NCBI GenBank assembly: GCA_964016885.1
Contig: OZ024743.1
Coordinates: 169,880,001 to 169,944,000, forward strand
Direction: 5' to 3'
Source: Eledone cirrhosa
Taxonomy: Eukaryota
DNA length: 64,000 nt
Part shown: piece by piece, positions 55,084 through 64,000 of the stretch
How the letters are laid out: the number at the start of each line of letters is the position of its first letter
How positions within the stretch are numbered: position 1 is the stretch's first letter
The notes under the pieces: generated by a model
Told to the model about the DNA's origin: nothing
What the model saw: only the letters and a program-made list of their open reading frames with translations
The model's database searches: none
Made by a program: the position numbers and the translations under genes

Positions 55084-55470
55084 TATTTCTACTTTTTTGG
55101 CACAAGGCCAGCAATTACCCAGTGCATTACTGGTACTTTATTTTATCGACCCCGTAAGGATGAAAGGCAAAGTTAACCTCGGAGAGATTTGAACTCAGAT
55201 CATAAAGGGGAGTAACTCTATGCTGCAAAGCATGGCGTCCAACCCTCTACCGATACTGCTAATCCACCTTCAGAAATAATTGTTTCTACTTTAGGCACAA
55301 GGCCAGCAATTTCCCAGTGCATTAATGGTACTTTATTTTATCGACCTCGTAAGGATGAAAGGCAAAGTCAACCTCAGCGGGATTTGAACTATTCAGAAAT
55401 AATTGTTTCCACTTTAGGCACAAGGCCAGCAATTATCCAGTGCATTACTGGTACTTTATTCAGAAATAAT
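55072..55470 (-). mobile_element. Three tandem SINE copies (~185, ~110, ~55 bp) separated by the 12-bp repeat TTCAGAAATAAT
   Basis: Repeat at 55072, 55269, 55392 and 55459; bodies match 7355-7547. Confidence 0.85.
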
Positions 55471-57770
55471 GATATTTGTTTATTGAAAAAAAAACAACAA
55501 AGATTTAATATAATAGGTCTGTTTGGGAACAGGTTTTGAATTGACCAATAGAAAAATAGTAAGTGGTCAAGTTGATAGAATAGTAGTAGTAGAAATTTAA
55601 TTTAGGGGTAGAGGAATGCAGACTTAAGTTTTGAATGGAAAGACTACTTTGAATGAAAGGATTACTTTGGGGATGAAAAGAGGTCAAGCTGGTGAAATGT
55701 ACATGAAAATTTGATGTTATTAAAGAATAATGCTAATGTTAAAATCGAAGGAGATTAAAATTTTAGGGTAAATTAGTTAGTGATAAATATCAATCTTATT
55801 TAAAATTCAAGGAATTTAGATCTATAACAAGAAATTAAATTCATTTAATTGATAGGTATACTTATAGGGATAAATTTATATTTATTCATATAGATGTAAT
55901 AAATAAGAGTTAGATGTTATTAAAGAATGTTGTTAAAAACGAAGGAAAAAAAAGGGAAATAAAATTATGAAGTTCTCAGTAGTAAAATACTAATTATAGG
56001 TTAACTAAATTTAAAAAAACTAATTATAATAATTTGTAAAGTATAAGTGTAAGGTGTATATTAATTAGGTTTATAATATTTGAAAGTTCTTCTAATTCTA
56101 TGATTGCATGATATAATTAATTCTTGTCGCTTATTTAATAGGATATCCTTAGATTTCATTATTTCAAAAAGTTCCTGGGAACATAATCTACACTCATATC
56201 TGCTATTTTGATAAGGGGTGGCCCTTTTGAGCACACTCCACGTCAGGTTATAATCGATATTCTTTTTTCTATAATTATTAATTAATTCAGCCAAGGATGT
56301 TGTATTAGCTAATGCAGCATTTTTAAAACTATGTTTATGGGTATTAAATCTTACTTTAAATTGGTTAGAAGTAGCTCCTATATAAGAATAAGTTGAGTAC
56401 TTAGTGCTAATCTTACATTTATATACTATGTTATTAATGAGACAATTTACTTTTAATGGGCAATTTCCTTTGTTTCTACAGTTACAATCGTTCGTGAATA
56501 TTATATCAGGGGAGTTAGTCAAATTTGGTGTGGAATTTACTGGACTTATTATATGTGAAGGAGATGGTGGTTTGTTGCAGTTTATTTTAGTATTATGGTT
56601 AGTTTGGTGTGTTGGTGGTATATTCATGTTTTCTTTTTACATTTATATGCATTGTAGGCACTTATATTTTGTTGTATATTTTTGGTAGTGGAGTAGGAAA
56701 ATTTGACCGCTGATCTATTTAAAATTTGATGGTATTTATGGTTTGGCGGGGAATTTTTTCTCTAGGATAGTAAACATTTTTTAGGGATATTATCTTTAAT
56801 TTGTAGATTAAATGGAGCATTATACCAAGTAACTCGTCTATTACGGTTTCGATGTTGTTTTTTATATTTATACAATGTATCAGGATGTTTACTAAGAGAG
56901 TTAGTATTAGTGAATTTATTATATATAGGTTTAGTTAGATTAACTGATTTAGGTGTTTTAGCCTGATTATTAGGAATTTTGTTAGTAATGTTATTAACGT
57001 ATATTGGAGTATTAGGATGAATGGTTTTTTGAAAGTTATTATATTGTATGTGAGAAGAGGTAGAGAAATTGAGTTTTAAGTTGGTATTTTGGGGTATAGT
57101 GTGAGTGGCATTTAGGTGTGTGTTTTTCATTTGGTGTTCGTTGGTAATATTGGGTTGTATGTTTGAAGTATTATTGGTACAAGGTATATAGACTAATTTG
57201 TTTTTTTGACCGCTTCTAACTAAAGCTTCGTTATAAAACGTCGCATTTTTATCGAATACATCCTGGTTAGATGAAAGGTTAGAAATTCTAAGTGAGATAT
57301 TATATGCTAGGTTTTTAAGGATAGATCTAGGGAGATTGGATTGTGAGTGTATGTAATGTAAGTTTTGGTTAGGTTTATGGTAAGGTTGGTAGATACCCGT
57401 AGATAAGTCTAAAGTTATATCAAGGAAATTAACTACTTTATTGGTGTTTTCAAATGTAATAGTGAGACTATAATAGTCTTTGAGGAAAGTTCTAATAAGT
57501 TTTTTTTTTTTTTTCAATTTCTGATAGGCTAAGGTTAGTGGAAAGAAGACAGTCGTCACGATATAAACCACCTTTAAGGTGGGGAAAAGAAGCATTTATG
57601 TTAAATAGAAGAAAGAGGCCCACAAGATCAGTAATTTGGGCAGAATCACTTAAGCCCATAGTAATATCGAATAGATTACTATATGTATTTCTGGTCCAGT
57701 AATTCCTTCTGAAATTCCAGTAGTGTTTGTCTACTGGAATTTCAGAAAGAATATATATATATATACATAC

Positions 57771-57844
<74 letters not shown>

Positions 57845-57924
57845 GATAAGCAGAACAAGCAAAATTCAACCAATTTTTAAAAATAAATTAAAAAATATAA
57901 TTTAAATATTTACCTATTCTTTTG

Positions 57925-58006
57925 GCCCCTACCGATCGGTTTCGCTTTGTAAAACACCAGAAATCCAATGGATTTCCAATGGAAAATCAAAGCTCGTCAG
58001 AGAAGC
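57925..58006 (-). ncRNA. Type I hammerhead ribozyme
   Basis: gcUUCU CUGACGA GCUUUG...CAAAGC GAAAC cgaucg GUA GGGGc. Confidence 0.8.
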
Positions 58007-58400
58007 ATTTTCCTCTCCTAGGGCTAAAGACCCAGGAACGATAAAATATATTGTTATCTGCCAGCTAGCACAGATCCAACAGGCCGAAAAATGACCTGTA
58101 CGTGAACTACCCGAGGTGAAAGCGGGAAAAGCATAGACGTGTTGTCTATCTCGTTACTAAAAATTAGCAGCTAGATATAAACAACAGATTTGTTCTCAAC
58201 ATAACGGAGTATAATAATAGAAGAAGTTAATATGCCCGTGGGTACTAAGTACCCCTGGAAATATATAGGTTGTCTATGATTTAAGGTTGTTCTATGGTAG
58301 TTCACGTACAGGTCAGTTTTCGGCCTTTTGGATCTGTGCTAGCTGGCAGATAACAATATATTTCATCGTTCCTGGGTCTTTAGCTCTAGGAAAGGAAAAT

Positions 58401-58482
58401 GCTTCTCTGATGAGCTTTGATTTTCCATTGGAAATCCATTGGATTTCTGGTGTTTTACAAAGCGAAACGGATCGGTAAGGGC
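58401..58482 (+). ncRNA. Type I hammerhead ribozyme (inverted twin)
   Basis: gcUUCU CUGAUGA GCUUUG...CAAAGC GAAAC ggaucg GUA AGGGc. Confidence 0.8.
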
Positions 58483-58687
58483 CAAAAGAATAGGTAAATA
58501 TTTAAATTATATTTTTTTATTTATTTTAAAAAATTGGTTGAATTTTGCTTGTTCTGCTTATCTTAATATTATAGTTCTGGTATGTCAAATTAATACCATA
58601 GAACAACCTTAAATCATAGACAACCTATATATTTCAAGGGGTACTTAGTACCCACGGGCATATTAACTTCTTCTATTATATATATAC

Positions 58688-60207
<1,520 letters not shown>

Positions 60208-60511
60208 AATTGAAACAAAATGAAAACGAAATTTCATTTCTCACTCTTAGTATGGCACTTACTTAAATGTAAGTATGCATGTATACGTACATACATATAT
60301 GTATACAGACGTACAGTAGCATGCACATATATATATATACTTATATATATACATATGCATACAGGTACACATACATATATGCACGTATCAGTTTAGCGGC
60401 GCTTATTATAACGTCGCTTTGTTCGTTTGTAAACAAACTGAACAGCCTGAATTTATGCCATACGGTGTTAAGGCAACCACGTCACCTTTTTGTTCAACAC
60501 TGACACAGGAA

Positions 60512-60552
60512 CGATGTACTAGTTTCAAGCTTGTTAGCTATCATCAGCACCG
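60512..60552 (-). ncRNA. Minimal type I hammerhead (unit 1)
   Basis: CGGUG CUGAUGA u AGCU aaca AGCU u GAAAC ua GUA CAUCG. Confidence 0.88.
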
Positions 60553-60979
60553 TTTACCCATCTGCCAGATAGTTGAACGTTCGAAAGTATATACTTTCCT
60601 TATGAAAATTAACGGCTGAGCAGCCTAATTTGCATATTGAGTGAGTTAAATCGGTCAGGCATACCGAAAACGATAAATTGAAACAAAATGAAAACGAAAT
60701 TTCATTTCTCACTCTTAGTATGGCACTTACTTAAATGTAAGTATGCATGTATACGTACATACATATATGTATACAGACGTACAGTAGCATGCACATATAT
60801 ATATATACTTATATATATACATATGCATACAGGTACACATACATATATGCACGTATCAGTTTAGCGGCGCTTATTATAACGTCGCTTTGTTCGTTTGTAA
60901 ACAAACTGAACAGCCTGAATTTATGCCATACGGTGTTAAGGCAACCACGTCACCTTTTTGTTCAACACTGACACAGGAA

Positions 60980-61020
60980 CGATGTACTAGTTTCAAGCTT
61001 GTTAGCTATCATCAGCACCG
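60980..61020 (-). ncRNA. Minimal type I hammerhead (unit 2)
   Basis: Identical to 60512-60552. Confidence 0.88.
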
Positions 61021-61447
61021 TTTACCCATCTGCCAGATAGTTGAACGTTCGAAAGTATATACTTTCCTTATGAAAATTAACGGCTGAGCAGCCTAATTTG
61101 CATATTGAGTGAGTTAAATCGGTCAGGCATACCGAAAACGATAAATTGAAACAAAATGAAAACGAAATTTCATTTCTCACTCTTAGTATGGCACTTACTT
61201 AAATGTAAGTATGCATGTATACGTACATACATATATGTATACAGACGTACAGTAGCATGCACATATATATATATACTTATATATATACATATGCATACAG
61301 GTACACATACATATATGCACGTATCAGTTTAGCGGCGCTTATTATAACGTCGCTTTGTTCGTTTGTAAACAAACTGAACAGCCTGAATTTATGCCATACG
61401 GTGTTAAGGCAACCACGTCACCTTTTTGTTCAACACTGACACAGGAA

Positions 61448-61488
61448 CGATGTACTAGTTTCAAGCTTGTTAGCTATCATCAGCACCG
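61448..61488 (-). ncRNA. Minimal type I hammerhead (unit 3)
   Basis: Identical to 60512-60552. Confidence 0.88.
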
Positions 61489-61915
61489 TTTACCCATCTG
61501 CCAGATAGTTGAACGTTCGAAAGTATATACTTTCCTTATGAAAATTAACGGCTGAGCAGCCTAATTTGCATATTGAGTGAGTTAAATCGGTCAGGCATAC
61601 CGAAAACGATAAATTGAAACAAAATGAAAACGAAATTTCATTTCTCACTCTTAGTATGGCACTTACTTAAATGTAAGTATGCATGTATACGTACATACAT
61701 ATATGTATACAGACGTACAGTAGCATGCACATATATATATATACTTATATATATACATATGCATACAGGTACACATACATATATGCACGTATCAGTTTAG
61801 CGGCGCTTATTATAACGTCGCTTTGTTCGTTTGTAAACAAACTGAACAGCCTGAATTTATGCCATACGGTGTTAAGGCAACCACGTCACCTTTTTGTTCA
61901 ACACTGACACAGGAA

Positions 61916-61956
61916 CGATGTACTAGTTTCAAGCTTGTTAGCTATCATCAGCACCG
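61916..61956 (-). ncRNA. Minimal type I hammerhead (unit 4)
   Basis: Identical to 60512-60552. Confidence 0.88.
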
Positions 61957-62385
61957 TTTACCCATCTGCCAGATAGTTGAACGTTCGAAAGTATATACTT
62001 TCCTTATGAAAATTAACGGCTGAGCAGCCTAATTTGCATATTGAGTGAGTTAAATCGGTCAGGCATACCGAAAACGATAAATTGAAACAAAATGAAAACG
62101 AAATTTCATTTCTCACTCTTAGTATGGCACTTACTTAAATGTAAGTATGCATGTATACGTACATACATATATGTATACAGACGTACAGTAGCATGCACAT
62201 ATATATATATACTTATATATATATACATATGCATACAGGTACACATACATATATGCACGTATCAGTTTAGCGGCGCTTATTATAACGTCGCTTTGTTCGT
62301 TTGTAAACAAACTGAACAGCCTGAATTTATGCCATACGGTGTTAAGGCAACCACGTCACCTTTTTGTTCAACACTGACACAGGAA

Positions 62386-62426
62386 CGATGTACTAGTTTC
62401 AAGCTTGTTAGCTATCATCAGCACCG
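62386..62426 (-). ncRNA. Minimal type I hammerhead (unit 5)
   Basis: Identical to 60512-60552. Confidence 0.88.
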
Positions 62427-62587
62427 TTTACCCATCTGCCAGATAGTTGAACGTTCGAAAGTATATACTTTCCTTATGAAAATTAACGGCTGAGCAGCCT
62501 AATTTGCATATTGAGTGAGTTAAATCGGTCAGGCATACCGAAAACGATAAATTGAAACAAAATGAAAACGAAACAAAACGAAATTTC

Positions 62588-62774
<187 letters not shown>

Positions 62775-62955
62775 ATACAATAACAGAGATAGCTTAAAGC
62801 TAAACTCTGACTGGTAACCATCTCACTCAACAAATATTAGGTTATATGTTAGTATAAACCCAATTTAAGTGTTTGGGGTGCTAACTATATGTATTATGTG
62901 GAAAGCCAGTTGTATTATTTTATGAGATATAATTAAAGTTAAAATATATCCCTCT

Positions 62956-63080
62956 TTCCAAACAATTGTTTCATTATAAGTTTTCTACAAATTAGGAGAA
63001 TGTTTCCAGTTTATGTAGAAGCATAACATATATTCATGTAAGAATATATTTAGGTGGGCGTTTATAAATCATCAGTGGAA
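62956..63080 (-). ncRNA. Type I hammerhead with long stem II, in insert 62770-63600
   Basis: UUCCA CUGAUGA u UUAUAA..~85 nt..UUAUAA u GAAAC aauu GUU UGGAA. Confidence 0.8.
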
Positions 63081-63660
63081 GCCCATTAAACTTTGATATG
63101 AGAAAAAATTTCTTACCGCAATTAAAAATCGTGTCTGCTAAGCTGCTCCCTCACGCATCGAATGACCGCCAAATTTGAAATTCCAGCAGTTTTTGACTGA
63201 AAAAGTATTATAGCGTCACGAAGCAGGAAGGGGAGATAAACAATACACGAGAAAAGAAAAAATAATATTCACGCAGGTTAATTAGTTTTTTCAAAAACAT
63301 TATCAATCCAACGTGTTGAGAACTCAATTGAAATTAAAAAAATAAATGCATGCGTGTATTAATTACACACGCATATAGATATTTTTTAACCGTAGTAAAT
63401 ACGGAAAGTTACGCTTTAAAGGGCAATCAGGAATGTAAATCTCTGGCCGAATTAAGAGTAAAATATTAAATATACGCGGGTTAATTAGTTATTTCAAAAC
63501 TAATATCAATTCCAAGTGTTAAGAACTCAATTAATTTAAGAAGATAAAAGTATGCATGTAATTATTTACACAGGCATATATATATTTTCTTAGACTAAAA
63601 AAAATATATATATACACATACAATATATATATATACACATACAATATATATATATACATA

Positions 63661-63975
63661 TAATATAAGATCAAAAGATGGTTAAAGGAGTTCAATATAT
63701 TTTATTATGCGCATTTCAAAAACAAACATCATCAAACAATAATATTGTTTTCATCAGATAAAACAGGAGAACATGATATGAAGGCTAAAAAAACACTTGT
63801 TGATAGTGCAGTTTTAAATCAACAATTTTTGAAATGCGCATAATAAAATATATTGAACTCCTTTAACCATCTTTTGATCTTATATTATGCATACTCCAGT
63901 CCCACAAACTGTAGAGTGCTTCTTATCCGATATCTGCATTGCTTTATTGTACTACAATAAAACTCACCTCCTACA
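63661..63975. mobile_element. Inverted-repeat insert of the 49290-49577 family
   Basis: 63661-63721 is inverted at 63826-63888; tail 63890-63975 is the reverse complement of 49290-49375. Confidence 0.8.
63700..63763 (-). ncRNA. Type I hammerhead ribozyme (AUA site)
   Basis: UUUUAU CUGAUGA AAACAA...UUGUUU uu GAAA UGCGCA UA AUAAAA. Confidence 0.75.
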
Positions 63976-64000
63976 TATATACATATATATATATATATAT

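Larger units (their letters stand above)
54765..57752 (-). mobile_element. 5'-truncated Naiad-type PLE, same family as 20531-24885
   Basis: ORFs 57492..57869 (FDITMGLSDSAQITDLVG, GGLYRDD), 56762..57595 and 56061..56627 (CNCRNKGNCPL, YIGAT, CRLCSQE, SCNHR); 3' end matches 24700-24885. Confidence 0.9.
57835..58680. mobile_element. Nested inverted-repeat pLTR/retrozyme-like insert with two HHRs
   Basis: 57835-58110 is the reverse complement of ~58297-58572; 58215-58297 is the reverse complement of ~58597-58680. Confidence 0.8.

Noticed and set aside
60279-62493. Repeated 74-aa and 66-aa ORFs in the 468-bp array
   Set aside because: Short, partly microsatellite-derived, not preserved in the diverged sister copy, and antisense to the ribozyme strand

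Overview
Eukaryotic, AT-rich, repeat-dominated DNA. The SINE families resemble those of octopod cephalopods, which is an inference. Most long ORFs in the track are translations of (TA)n/(TACA)n microsatellites and are artefacts. The first ~17 kb holds decayed RTE-type LINE pieces, tRNA-derived SINEs, two minisatellites and one probable host coding exon (8497-9969, +). From ~17 kb to the end, (TA)n arrays are packed with Penelope-like retroelements (PLEs) and short non-coding inserts. The PLEs are seven Naiad-type copies (RT and/or C-terminal GIY-YIG) and one near-complete Neptune-type copy. Hand-folding gives about 16 type I hammerhead ribozyme (HHR) motifs with canonical cores and about 9 variant or decayed ones, from more than 10 unrelated sequence families. 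Main highlights: (1) a near-perfect 5x 468-bp tandem array with one intact minimal HHR per unit, a candidate retrozyme/circRNA unit with diverged relatives elsewhere in the window; (2) a Neptune HHR with a compensated U3-A8 core; (3) a hairpin element family palindromic about an HHR stem II; (4) widespread fold-back 5' junctions; (5) three SINEs inserted serially at one target site in an HHR. All ribozyme calls come from manual folding, not from computation or assay.
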